From positions 142,042,001-142,106,000 of the forward strand of contig NC_042997.1 of the NCBI RefSeq assembly GCF_006345805.1: 64,000 bases of DNA, in the 5' to 3' direction. Origin of the DNA: Octopus sinensis. Lineage: Eukaryota. Each line of letters starts with the position of its first letter. The stretch's first letter is position 1. Under the pieces are notes generated by a model, which was not told the origin of the DNA, did not search any database, and saw only the letters and a program-made list of their open reading frames with translations. Position numbers and translations under genes: made by a program. This document shows, one piece after another, positions 24,816 to 38,056 of this stretch.

Positions 24816-24980
24816 GTAGAAATAATTACGTAAAAAGCCTTACAACACACCAGTGATGTCATCATGATCTGATGCTTGAGTAAATTAAAGATAATAGAAA
24901 TGTAAATGCTGACTCAATGGGAATATAAACCTTCTCCAGAACTGAAGTTGATCTGTGTTAACAATAGTGGGCGGGTATAT

Positions 24981-25033
<53 letters not shown>

Positions 25034-25084
25034 TACACATATATATAATATATATATATATATGTGTGTGTGTGTGTATATATA

Positions 25085-25204
25085 TATGGAGAGAGAGAGA
25101 GAGAGAGGGAGAGATAAAAAGATTATTAAATATATGTGAGGGAGAAAGCAAAGACACAACAACAAAAAAAAAGAAATAAAACGAGCAAGAAACTAATTAA
25201 TTAT
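25085..25204 (+). repeat. Direct repeat, copy 1 (copy 2 at 26497-26607)
   Basis: Identical core AGATAAAAAGATTATTAAATATATGTGAGGGAGAAAGCAAAGACACAACAA. Confidence 0.9.
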
Positions 25205-25824
25205 CTAAATAAATAAATATATAAACACACACACAAAAAAAAACAAACAAACAAAAAACTGTGATTAGCAGTTTGAAGATTTGAAACATGGATTAATAAA
25301 TAGATCTAATGGATAGCTAGTGACTAGACAGGATATCTAAATAGATAATGTGGCTGCTAACTGATTGGACTCTTATGTTTATGAAGCTGTTCAAGAAACG
25401 AAGCAGGTAATTGGATCAAATGATTGACAAGAGTTTATGCTTTATAAATCTGAGGCAATTGTTGACTGGTGGATGGAGATTAACGACATAACGAGATTAA
25501 TGTATTTGTTTATTCTGTTACTGGTTTTGCTTTTAAAGTTATTGAACTGCAGCTATGTTGAAGCACAGCATTTGAGGGGGTTTCAGTCTGTCATATTGAA
25601 TTATATCGATCCTTGTATCTATTTCAGTCTGGTACTTTTTTTCAGCAATCGATATCTGTTGTTGAATGACTAAGATACCTGTTTTGCACCTGTAAACATA
25701 GTCACAAGCACAGACGCAAACACACATGCACACACACACATGCACACACACACACATGCACACTCTCACATGTGCATAGAGACACAGACACACACTCACA
25801 TGGGTACACAGACACAGACATAGA

Positions 25825-26235
25825 CACATTCTTTTATTCTTTTACTTGTTTCAGTCATTTGACTGTGGCCATGTTGCAGCACTGCGTTAAACAGTTTTAG
25901 TCAAAGAGATTGACCCCAAGAATTATTCTTTGTCAGCCTAATACTTATTCTATCAGTCTCTTTTGCCAAACCGCTAAGTTACAGGGACATAAACATACCA
26001 GCATCAGTTATCAAGGGGGAACAAACACAGACCCACACACACACATAAACATGCACACACATGCACACATACTACAGGCTTTTTTCAGTTTCTGTCGACC
26101 AAACCCATTCACAAGGCTTTGGTTGGCCCAAAGCTATAGTAGAAGACACTCGACCAAGGTGCCATGCAGTAGGAGTTAACCCAGAACCGTTTCGTTGTGA
26201 AGCAAGCTTCTTACCACACAGCCACACCTGTGCCT
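25825..26235 (-). mobile_element. SINE family A
   Basis: Reverse complement of head and tail. Confidence 0.8.
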
Positions 26236-26599
26236 GTATATTTTGTATATATTTAGCTTCATTTTATGTCTGCTTTTCATGGGATGGGGAAGTTTTCTGA
26301 AGAAATGTTTTTCAAGACCAGATGCCTTTTCTGTAGCCAATCTCTTTAGTCTACTTGTAAGACAAGGAGGTATATATGGGTATCTATTCTAAAACTGGGA
26401 TATATATGTTATTAAAAAAAGAATCACATTGTCCTTCCTAAGCCATAGGCTCATAAGGCCAATCTCCTGGATTCTGTGGTGTATATATATATATATATGG
26501 AGAGAGAGAGAGAGAGAGAAAGATAAAAAGATTATTAAATATATGTGAGGGAGAAAGCAAAGACACAACAATAACAAAAAAAAGCGAGCAAGAAACTAA

Positions 26600-26665
<66 letters not shown>

Positions 26666-27547
26666 GTAATAGTCTAACCCATGCTAGCATGGAAAGCAGA
26701 CGTTAAACGATGATGATGATGATATATATATATATGTATATATATATTTTTATCTACTGCATGGGACATGGATCTATTGCAGGATTGCTCATTTTTACCA
26801 GCTGGGTGGATTGAAGCAAAATGAAATGAAGTATTTTGCTTAAGAATACAACACATTACCTGCTCCAGGAATTGAAACCACAATCTTACAATCATGAGTG
26901 CAACACACTAATCACTAAGCCACATGCTTGCACTTATATATTACGTACATGTGCATATGCATACATACATGCATACAAAAATATACAAACATACACACAT
27001 ACACATACATGCACATTAGGTGCAGGTGTGGTAATGGGTACAGATGTGTCTATAAGCATAGGTGTGACATAGGTGCAAATGTGGCTATAGGTGCAGACAT
27101 AGCAATAGATACACATGTGGCTGTGTGATTAAGAAGCTTGCATCTTGATCAACTGCAAATGACATGGTTTTGGGTTCAGTCCCACTGCATGGCATCTTGG
27201 ACAAGTTTCTTCCTTTCTAGCTCTGGATTGTCAGTTGTCAGTGGATTTGGTTGATGGAAACTGTAAGAAGCCTGCCATATATATATATGTACACACGTGT
27301 GTGTGTGTGTGTGTGTGTGCGTGCGCATCTGTTTTTGTGCATGACCTTGTCTTGTCATTACATGATGGTTGTAAATGAGCATCACCTTTGTGCAAAAAAA
27401 GTTATTTGTTGTGCAAAACATGCCCAACCAAGGTGAAATATTACTTTATTTGGAAACAGGTCACAGCAAATTCTGTTTGACCCATCATTCAAGCATGGAA
27501 AAGTGGACATCGGAATGAAGATGATGATGATGATGATGATGATGATA

Positions 27548-27701
27548 TATATGTGGCTGTGTGGTAAGTAGCTTGCTTACCAACCACATGGTTCCGGGTT
27601 CAGTTCCACTGCATGGCACCTTGGGCAAGTGTCTTCTACTATAGCCTCAGGCCAACCAAAGCCTTGTGAGTGGATTTGGTTGACAGAAACTGAAAGAACC
27701 C

Positions 27702-27740
<39 letters not shown>

Positions 27741-27980
27741 TATATGTATGTATGTATGTGTGTGCATATGTTTGTGTGTCTGTGTTTGTCTCCCCAACAT
27801 TGCTTGACAACCAATGCTGGTGTGTTTACGTCCCCGTAACTTAGCGGTTCAGCAAAACAGACTGATAGAATAAGTACTAGGCTTACAAAGAATAAGTCCT
27901 GGGGTCGATTTGCTAGATTAAAAGGCAGTGCTCCAGCATGGCCACAGTCACATGACTGAAACAAGTAAAAGAGTAAATGA
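27548..27980 (+). mobile_element. SINE family A, well preserved
   Basis: GTGGCTGTGTGGTAAGTAGC...GGTTCAGTTCC...GACTGAAACAAGTAAAAGAGTAAA. Confidence 0.85.
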
Positions 27981-28351
27981 GTATGTATATATATTTATAT
28001 ATATATATATATATATATAATCTTGAAACGTACGTTCTCGAATAACCTTAGCATTTGATTTTTCGATGTCCTTACCCCCAAACTTTTGTGAGTTGAATTA
28101 AGCAAACACTATATATGAGAGAGATTTTCTTTAAGTATTAGAAATAGCTTTAAAAAAGTTTTTTAGCTGCTATTTCTAATGAGTTCAGTATGCGGCAAAG
28201 TAATTTATTTTACTAAGCCCTTTTATATAATATATATATATATATATATGTATATACACACACACACACACTGTACACATGCATTGAAAGAGGGAGTGAG
28301 AGAGAGAGAGAAAAAAGAAGGAGAGAAAGAGAGAAAATAAGAAAGACTTAC

Positions 28352-28449
28352 CCCTGTTTGTGAGAGACTCTTTGGCAATTTTATAACAGCAAAAATTCCA
28401 AACATCGGTGACGAAACCAATAATCCAATAATTTTTTGATGCAGAATAC
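28352..28449 (-). CDS. Candidate internal exon of an unknown gene
   Basis: Strong donor G|GTAAGT but weak acceptor CCACAAG|; two frames open (YSASKNYWIIGFVTDVWNFCCYKIAKESLTNR or ILHQKIIGLLVSSPMFGIFAVIKLPKSLSQTG); no family recognised. Confidence 0.2.
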
Positions 28450-28963
28450 CTTGTGGTATTTATTTTACTGAGTTATTCAGGCAATCCTTTTATTACTCTC
28501 AACATTGGAAATGTAATGAACCAGTGATTGGCTCATTGGAAATCAATGTAATCAATAATACCATTGGTTGCAAAATGTCATAAAAATTTGCTCACAACCA
28601 TCAGCTTTTTATGTCCACTTTTCTTGCCACTATGTCTTGACAGCTTGTTATGGCAGAGTGGCTGGGTGCTCTTCCTGTCAATAATTCTTTTACTCATCTG
28701 TTACAACATATAGGGATGCTGTGTACCTACCCATACTGAAACCAGGGTACAATGATACATGCTTTAACAAATTGTAACTTAAAGTAAATGTTTAAAACTT
28801 GTTGAGCAAGTGTCTTCTACTATAACCCTCGATAACCCTGGTGCCAACCAAGGGCTTGAGCATGAATTTGCAAGACAGAAATTGTGTGGAAGCCATCAGG
28901 TGTGTGCATCTATGTATATGTATATATATGTATATGTATATATATGTGTGTGTACATATATAT

Positions 28964-28994
<31 letters not shown>

Positions 28995-29340
28995 CAGCAC
29001 CGCCTCGACTGGCTTCCGTGTCGGTGGCACGTAAAAAGCGCCATCCGAATCGTGGCCGAAGCCAGTGCCGCCTCGACTGGCTTCCGTGCAGGTGGCACGT
29101 AAAATGCACCAATCCGACCGTGGCTGATGCCAGCCTGCCTGGCACCAGTGCAGGTGGCACGTAAAAAGCACCCACTACACTCATGGAGTGGTTGGCGTTA
29201 GGAAGGGCATCCAGCTGTAGAAACATTGCCAGATAAGACCGGAGCCTGGTGCAGCCTTCTGGCTTCCCAGATCCCCGGTCGAACCGTCCAACCCATACTA
29301 GCATGGAGAACGGACGTTAAACGATGATGATGATGATGAT
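28995..29340 (+). mobile_element. RTE-tailed retroposon (family C), young copy with three tandem subunits
   Basis: Three GGTGGCACGTAAAA units, CpGs retained, (GAT)n tail. Confidence 0.85.
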
Positions 29341-29511
29341 ATATATATATATATATAGAGAGACAGACAGTTGTAAGCCTCAATAAAGTCAATAAGTTAC
29401 TCTTCCCATGCAAACATTTACCGCTATAGCCTCAGGCTGACCAAGGCCATATAAGCGGATTTGGTAGATGGAAACTGAAAGAAGCTCATCATACACACAC
29501 ACACACACATA

Positions 29512-30122
29512 TACATGGTCTGATCAATAAGTATCCAGACTGTTGTCATAGTAACAAAGCTAAAACACACAGAGTGAAGTGTCTTTTTGGTCATCTGAAA
29601 GCAGTTTTGGCACAAACTTGGCAGACATGCATCTCATACTCAAATCTTCAGTGATAATGGATTGAACTGAACTGTAACTAATCTGCACATCCTCTGATAA
29701 CTCACAGATGGTGATTTGACAATTTCCCCTCACAGCTACACACACATCTGCAATGTTTTTCTCAGTTCTCAGAACATTTGTCAATATTGACATTTTTTTT
29801 GGTTATCTTGGAAAGGTCTGAACCACTCACACACTAGTGTACAGCTCATACACTCCTCTCCATACACTTTCTGCAAACTTGTGTAGGCCTCTGAACAGGT
29901 ATCGCCACGACAACTTCCTCTGTCATGGTCAATGCAACAATCACACACAACACACCTTCCTTCTGAGCACTGCTGTAAACAGCAGAAGTGAGCTAGAATG
30001 TTAAAACTTAGTGCACATGCACAGCAGCATTCAAGGTCAATCTGTGTCCAGTGGCTCTATTCTGCATGCTTTAGCTTTGTTACTATGGCAACAGTCTGGA
30101 TACTTATTAATCAGAACTCGTA
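29512..30122 (-). mobile_element. Internally deleted mariner element
   Basis: TIRs of about 60 bp (TCTGATCAATAAGTATCCAGACTGTTG...) with TA flanks; peptide ITICELSEDVQISYSSVQSIITEDLSMRCMSAKFVPKLL is mariner HTH plus the WVPxxL-like motif. Confidence 0.85.
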
Positions 30123-30379
30123 TATGTATGCATACATCTAAGTGTGTGTCTGTATTTGTACCTCCATCACTGCTTGACAACTGGTGTTGATGTGTTCACA
30201 TCTCCATAACTTAGCAATTCAGTCAAAGAGACCAATGGAATAAGTACTAGGCTTAAAAAATAAGTCCTGGGGTCGATTTGTTCAACTAAAATCCTTCAAG
30301 GTGGTACTTGAGCATGGCCACAATCAAATGAGTGAAACAGATAAAAGAATAAAAGAATATACACACACATACCCACATC

Positions 30380-30421
<42 letters not shown>

Positions 30422-30427
30422 GGATAA

Positions 30428-30507
<80 letters not shown>

Positions 30508-30521
30508 GCAAACATACAAAC

Positions 30522-30585
<64 letters not shown>

Positions 30586-30600
30586 GGATAGATAGATAGA
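30380..30600. repeat. (GATA)n/(GACA)n microsatellite
   Basis: Directly visible; similar arrays at 34805-34900, 39510-39600 and 52818-52905. Confidence 0.95.
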
Positions 30601-31315
30601 TATCCAGAAATCAAACCTGAGACCATGTGGTTGAGAAGCAAACTTCTTACCACACAGCCATGCCAGCTCTTGCCCATTTGCAAAATTAGCTTCTTTGATG
30701 AAAATAATCCGCTATTTTAATTTTTAACTAAAAAAAATCATTGAGTGGAGAGTACAAAAAGCCACTAAACTAGTGGTTGTGACAAAATACTAGGTCACAC
30801 CTATGAATGATATAAGTTTTTTACAGTCATTTTCATATGTTTGTCATTCAATTTGATAACCGGGTCATTCAAAGTCACGAAAAATGTTAGCACCATGGTG
30901 TTAGCCATTCAAATTCATTTTTCAATCATTGAATTTCGCACTTCGGTCAAAGCGTTTAGCATTCACATCATTCAAATTAAAATGCCCATCGAGAGCATTC
31001 AAATTAGTCGGAATGCAAGGAAGTATCTTTTTGAGCATTCAAATTCGTACATGAGGATTCGAGTTCAGAATAAGTTTATTCAATTTAGCACAAATTTTAC
31101 ATGTGTGTTTTTACTCACATTCTAGGAAGTGAATGTTAGAAATGACAAATTTAAATGACATGTTTTGTCATTCAAAATTTTATATTGTTATAGCTACAAG
31201 GAAGAAATAAATTATGTGATTCTTCTGTCCATGAAAGTCTTTTTCATTGCAACATTCGTAACCGGTCAGTATCAGTTGCATTTTATATCCCTTTCTCTTA
31301 CACCAACTTGTAATC

Positions 31316-32375
31316 ATGGAGCCACGCATAAGGTACATGCATATATTGGAAAAAGATAGGGCAAAGCTGGCTGACACCTTCGAGGGGCATCAAACTGATT
31401 ACCTGCAACTGGCAGACACACTTGGCAGTAAAAGGAGTAGTGTTCAATCCATATTAGTGACATACCTACAGTCTGGGAGGCACCCCAAGTTGCTCAGAGG
31501 AGGTACCCACCATGTTAAGGTTGATGAGGAAATGCAAGTCAGGCTCCAGGTGATTATTGATGCCAACCCACTTGCAACCCATCAACAGATGAAGAGTGAC
31601 TTAGAGGCAGCATTGCATAGAAAGCTGCCTGTTTCCATGTCTGAAATCTCATAGGCTCTAGATAGGATGTTGATAACTATGAAGTTGGCTGAAGACGTCC
31701 CAGATGCAAGCAATGCCCCAAAAGTGATATGAGTATGAGTATTGGTTCATGGAAGAGGGAGTTGTCGGCCATTGCGTATTCATTGATGAATGTGGGTGCA
31801 ACATTTGGACCAGGCAGTCTTTTCAACATTTGGACCAGGGCATTCCTGTTCACCAAGTTATCAACCATCAGCATGGGAAAAACTGCAAAGTCACTTTTGC
31901 AGTGAGGGGAGAAATTGACCTGGTTCACCACTCCATACACAAAACTCTTTTGAGGGGTTCTTAGCAGAAACAGTTTGAGCATGTGCCAACATGTTCCCAG
32001 CAGATGAAATCCATCTACTTGATATACTTGATCTACCTGTGGCCACACATTTGTACCAAACTCCCAGCTGACACCAACACATGGATCAGGCTGAAGCTGA
32101 TCCCTCCCTACTCACTGTTTCTTAATTGTACGGAAATGGTACATTCTCCCTTTAAGGTGGCTGTCAAGATGGATCTTGCTTAAACTGAGTTACAGCAAAA
32201 GTTTGGCAACCGGGCAGCTGCAGAAGAAGCTGGCATGACCATGGAAGAATGGCAAGTACATGTCATACAACAGGTCGCAAGGTGTAACATCAACACTATC
32301 ACTCCAGAAAATTGTGTTCATTGGTATAGGCAGACCCAAACCTACCTACCTCCTGAGATGCCTTGACCACCAGGA
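31316..32375 (+). pseudogene. Decayed DDE transposase (IS630/Tc1-like)
   Basis: N-terminal HTH-like region; VFIDECGCNIWTRQSF (first D); LKLIPPYSLFLNCTE (PYSPxLNPIE-like, catalytic E); stops and frameshifts. Confidence 0.8.
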
Positions 32376-32427
32376 AATAGATGGCTAAATCCTCTCAAAT
32401 GAACTCTCCTTATCAAGATTGTAAATC

Positions 32428-32652
32428 AATAATTTATTTCTTTACTACCCACAAGGGGCTAAACACAGAGGGGACAAATGGATTAAGTCAATTACATCAA
32501 CCCCAGTGCGTAACTGGTACTTAATTTATCGACCCTGAAAGGATGAAAGGTAAAGTCGACCATGGCGGAATTTGAACTCAGAACGTAACGGCAGACAAAA
32601 TACGGCTACGCATTTCGCACAGCGTGCTAACGTTTCTGCCGGCTCGCCGCCT
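32428..32652 (-). mobile_element. SINE family B inserted in the Tc1-like element
   Basis: Reverse complement of 14703-14935. Confidence 0.85.
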
Positions 32653-33419
32653 TAATAACTCAATAATTATCTTAATGTACATAGCACCCTTTCCCTGATG
32701 AAAGGAAAAAGTGCAAAATCAAAGAATTATATACTTTTCCCAACAAGATATATTATGCACCAGAAGAACATATATTAATCACAACATAGTGTATTCAAAA
32801 TCAAAGAAAACGAGCATCTGTTGTAATTATTTCTTTAAAAAGATTGAGAAGGCTAGAATGCAATTTCATGAAGTCTTTAACAATAAATACATGTGCCTAT
32901 GCAAAAATAAAAGATTACATAGAAGCAGCATAGGCAAGATAGAGTGCTTAAAGCATAAACAATGGATGAAAACACATGATTATGATAACAATGATCATGA
33001 GATAAGACTAAAATTGCTATCCTGCTAATTTGATTGCTTGAAGTGTTAAACAGATTGCTCCAAAACAAATTTGAATGCTCGAAAAGACACTTCTTTGCAT
33101 TCTGTCTAATTTGAAAGCTCTCAACGAAGATTTTAATTTGAATGATATAAATGTTAAATTCTTTGACCAAAGTGCAAAATCGAATGATTGAAAAACGAAT
33201 TTGAATGACTAACTTCAAGGTGCTAATTATTTTCACAACTTTGAATAACCTGATTATCAAATTGAATGACAAATGTACAAAAATGACAGCAAAAACCTAT
33301 ATTAGCTAGAGACATGTAACCTGTCTAGTAGAGGACAGGTTACCAGTCTGTGGCAGGTAATATTCACCTCGTTATCTGGAACATTTTGCTATAGATCAGT
33401 AGCCTATGTTCTTCTATCT

Positions 33420-33820
33420 TTTATTTTTTCACTTGTTTCAGTTATTAGACTGCAGCCATGCCAGGACACTGCCTTGAAGAATCACTTTTTTTTTTCTTGT
33501 TGTTCAATAAATCAACCTCCACTACTTATTTTTCCTTTTAAGCCTGGTTCTTATTCTGTCAGTCACTTTTGCTGAACAGCTAAGTTACAGGGCCGTAAAC
33601 AAACCAACACTGGTTGTCAAGTGATGGGGATGGGGTGACAAACACACACACATATGATGGACTTCCCTCAGTTTCCATCTATCAAATCCACTCACAACTC
33701 TTTGGTCAGCATGAGGCTATAGTAGAAGATACTTGCTCAAAGTGTCATGCAGTGGGACTGAACTCAGGACCATGTGGTTGGGAAGTAAGCTTCTTACCAC
33801 ACAGCCACGCCTGCACCTTC
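33420..33820 (-). mobile_element. SINE family A
   Basis: Reverse complement of head and tail. Confidence 0.75.
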
Positions 33821-34074
33821 ATGTAGAAAATTTTCATCTGATCTGTTTAATACCCCTTGGTGGTTTGCTAGAGACATTGTCAATAGCATCTACATATGAA
33901 ATGTGGTGAGAACACTGACAACTGGGTCAATAAAGAACCGCTTATCTAATTATATTAATTAGATCAACAGTTGATCTAATTAGCACCTTTATCTGGTTAC
34001 AACTTCTTCATATTCTGACAAGAATAACATCTCAACCATTTTTCTCTTTTCCCTTCTTTTCCTGAGCATCCACA

Positions 34075-34083
34075 AGCACACAT

Positions 34084-34133
<50 letters not shown>

Positions 34134-34370
34134 GTACACATGCACACATGCACACACACACACACTCGCACACACACGCACACATACATACACATGTACA
34201 TACATGCACACATATACACACACATACACACTCAAACACTCACACACACACATGCACACACACGCACACATACATACGCATGTACATACATGCACACATA
34301 TACACACACCTACACACACAAACACTCACACACACACATGCACATACACACTCACTCACACAAACATAAA
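34075..34370. repeat. Degenerate (CA)n tract containing an 86-bp tandem duplication
   Basis: Units start at 34175 and 34261. Confidence 0.85.
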
Positions 34371-34763
34371 CACATTTACTCAAAAGGAAGTCTGATATGA
34401 ATACGTGTATGTGTGCATGTATATATATATATATGTGGCTATGTTGATGTACTACTGAACATATATTAGCATGTTTTCAATAATTTACTGTCAAGTTTTT
34501 ATAACTTGTTGATGTTATTTTTATTGCACTCTTCAAAATATATAAAACAACTTGATATTCTGTTTGTGTTTTATGTGAGCCTGATTCACAATTCCAACAT
34601 GACAGTAGAATGCATCCTAAAACTATAGACAAAATATTGAACAGGTCTTGTACACTTTGAGCAATGCAACAAAAACATTCACAAGTCGTAAAATATTTAT
34701 GGAAAACTATTAATACTTTGTTATTATCATACTTTCAATGTCATTCATAAATACATAAATAAA

Positions 34764-34801
<38 letters not shown>

Positions 34802-34824
34802 TGTTGATAGATAGATAGATAGAC

Positions 34825-34884
<60 letters not shown>

Positions 34885-35241
34885 GGATAGATAGATAGAT
34901 AGGTAAGGATATAGATATATATGTACATACATATTTGCGCACATAAATACTGAATGTTTATAACTATACAGCTATTCATTTGAATATAATATCATTAAGT
35001 GCTATACATACATACATACATACATACATACATACATACATACATACATACATACACACATACATACATACATACATACATACATACATACATACATACA
35101 AACATACATACATACATACACACTCACATATATATATATATATCAGAATTTTTGTTGTATAAAATAAAATATATTTCTTTCATGCATCATGAGTTTTATA
35201 GCCTCGTTCATAAGCTTACATATATCTTTATGATATTGGGC

Positions 35242-35282
<41 letters not shown>

Positions 35283-36794
35283 TTTATTTATATAAACACA
35301 AACATAAAGACATAACCACACATACATGAGTCATTATATTTTATTTTATCATTTTATGGTTTATTTCACTTTACCATTTGCGTATTTTTTACAGTTTGAC
35401 ACGTTATTTTTGTACTCAAAGTGTTTCATGGTCTGACTTTTATTCAAGTAGACACCCCATCATGAACGGGTCTTATTCTTTAGTCTCATCATAATAATGA
35501 TACCAGAGTGTGTCTTCTTAAAAGTATCACCATACTTTTAGCTTCTTGGAAATGCCTTTCAGTATTCAGACTTAAATTTGGGATTCAGAAAAAAACTCAT
35601 TTGTGTACATGCACATGCACGTGTGTATGTGTGTGTGTGTGTACGCGCACGTGTGTGTGTGTACATGTGTATGTACATGCACATATGTTTTAAACTGCCA
35701 TTAATGTTTTTCTCACAAAACCTTTCTTTTTATATACAAGTACAAATGTTTTGTCACCAACCAACACAGAAGCCCTATAGACTTCTTCAAATAAATACAA
35801 ACTTCTCTGAAGCTTATTGCTTTTAAAAGGCTTTCTGAAAAAGAGTTTATAATGAATAACATAATAACATATAAAATAAGATAACAATTTTTTGTAAAAT
35901 AAGCCAATGATCTGGTTAGGAGAATTTTCAGTTAGAACTGGTTCTTTGTCACTAATGTCTTTAAAAATGACATCAACACAACAAAATTCCTATTTGCCTC
36001 TTTGTAAAAGAAAAAAAAATACCAATATATCTATATTCATTGCTGATTTATAATGGCATAATTTTAGTGCTTACTTATCTGGGCATAAATATTTTTTTTA
36101 TAAGTTGTAGTGAAATCGGATTAACTCAGTATTGTAGGATTATTGTGATAATTATTTAGATCAGAACAAATTAAAGCCAAACCATAATGAGCAACGATAG
36201 CCATAATTTTCTTTCATCTTCATTATAATGTACTTGGCCTATCTTACATACTTTTTGACTCAATCAAATATCTTTAATAAAATGTAATAGATTATAATAA
36301 AAGTAAAATAGTGACATATATTAAGTTTACATGAGGAAAGGAGATATGTAATATTTCAAACAGAGCCCAAACAACTCAATGAAGTCTTAGACTTAGTTTA
36401 GCAGTTTTGAGCTTCTGTAATTGCCCATGCACAATACATCTCCTTTAAACTTGTCACAGTTGATGATTTTGCTCCACCAGTCATTAAGGTTAACAACTAT
36501 TCTTAAAACATTTTTTGGCTAGATACAACAAATAGCGTCATAATATTGATTTCAAATTTTGACACAAGGCCAGCAAATTCAGAGGAAGGATTAAGTTAAT
36601 TACATCGGCCCCAATGCTTGGCTGGTACTCATTTTATCGACCCTGAAATGATAAAAGGCAAAGTCAAACACAACGGAATTTGAACTCAGAATGTAAAGAC
36701 AGATGAAATGCCACTAAGCAATTTTTCTGGCATGCTAACAATTCTGCCAGTTTGTCACCTTAAATGGCTTTATAATATTGTTCCTTTTTATCAG

Positions 36795-37500
36795 TTCATT
36801 GACATACAAAACAAAAAGTCATACGAATTCACCCAATTTGACATAGTAGAATTCTATCTGCTAACTGGAAAGCCATCCTAACATTAGACCTTTTTTAAAA
36901 ATTCATCAAATTCAATGATTAACAACAGATAAACATAACAATGCCTCAAGAATGTCTTCTCCCACTATTTTATGATAACTCACCAAGATAAAAAAATGAA
37001 AATGAGAAGTTATAACTGAGTTGAGGCAAGCAAATTAGTAAAACTATACATATTAGAAAAAAGTAGGTAACACAGCCAACCACTCAGAAGAGGTTTCCAC
37101 AGAGGAAATAGCTTAGCAATCTCCCAAACATGAAAGGGTATGAACAGACACAATTATAAAAAATTGATAAATACTTTCAAGGATCTCAACCTTAAGATAA
37201 ATTATCAAACAAACCCATGCATAGTAAATTTCATTGACATAGTATAAAGCTTAATGAGAGAAAAATGCTATTACTATAAGGAAACAGAAGGATTATATAT
37301 AAACAAACATGCGAACTACATATCTTTAATAATATAGAGCCTAGCCAGAGAATCTCCTCAATTTTCTCCAACAAAACAAAGTTAAACTAAGTATTCTACA
37401 ATAAAACCTTAAACAAAAGTGAGTACCCAACCAACAATGGCTATCATTAGCTATACAGCAGGAACACCTTATAAATCAGCTATAGCTGCATAAAAAATAT
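36795..37500 (+). pseudogene. Penelope-like reverse transcriptase fragment 1
   Basis: FIDIQNKKSYEFTQFDIVEFY; MRSYN*VEASKLVKLYILEK; KKLINTFKDLNLKINYQTNPCIVNFIDIV, the PLE RT motifs FDIxxFY, MGS and NFLD. Confidence 0.75.
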
Positions 37501-37769
37501 AAATTACACCATAGCTAGAAATTCATTAGTCACAGCTGAAAATAAATGTTATTACAATGGATTAAAATGTTGTGTGTTAAGTGGCAATTGTCTAAAAGAA
37601 GTAATCTTCAGAATACTGAAAGGTGGGGGTGGAGTAGAAACTGATAAAAACTATATTGAAGAAACAAGCAGATTGTTCAAAGTTAGATACACACAACATA
37701 TACATACATACATTCATACAATTCTCACTGGTAAGAATAAAACTTATAAAATGAATAGAGGAATTTAAA

Positions 37770-37842
37770 GGATTGCTTTGGTCCAATGGTAAAATGCCTG
37801 TCATGTTTTGCAGGAGATGTGGGTTCAAGTCCCTTGGGTAAC
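37770..37842 (+). pseudogene. tRNA-like pseudogene or SINE head
   Basis: A-box TGGTCCAATGG, anticodon-stem-like CCTG..CAGG, T-arm GTGGGTTCAAGTCCC; acceptor stem poorly paired. Confidence 0.5.
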
Positions 37843-38024
37843 TTTCACTCTTACTATCCAAAGGGGTTTTAACCCAATATTTACACACCATTATTATGTG
37901 CGTCAGTATTATGTGTGTCAAGATCCAGTCTTCCAAAGGAATTACGTATATGTATGTGTGTTGTGTGTCTGTATGTATATATATATATATATAGGTATGT
38001 ATAAAACGTATATATTTATATATG

Positions 38025-38056
<32 letters not shown>

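Larger units (their letters stand above)
30811..33301 (+). mobile_element. IS630/Tc1-like DNA transposon with long TIRs
   Basis: TIRs about 30813-31048 and 33068-33299, flanked by TA at 30811-30812 and 33300-33301; each TIR carries about 7 CATTCAAATT-like motifs. Confidence 0.85.

Noticed and set aside
28995-29175. Regularly spaced repeats as a CRISPR array
   Set aside because: Whole units repeat with no unique spacers, there are no cas genes, and they are part of a eukaryotic retroposon
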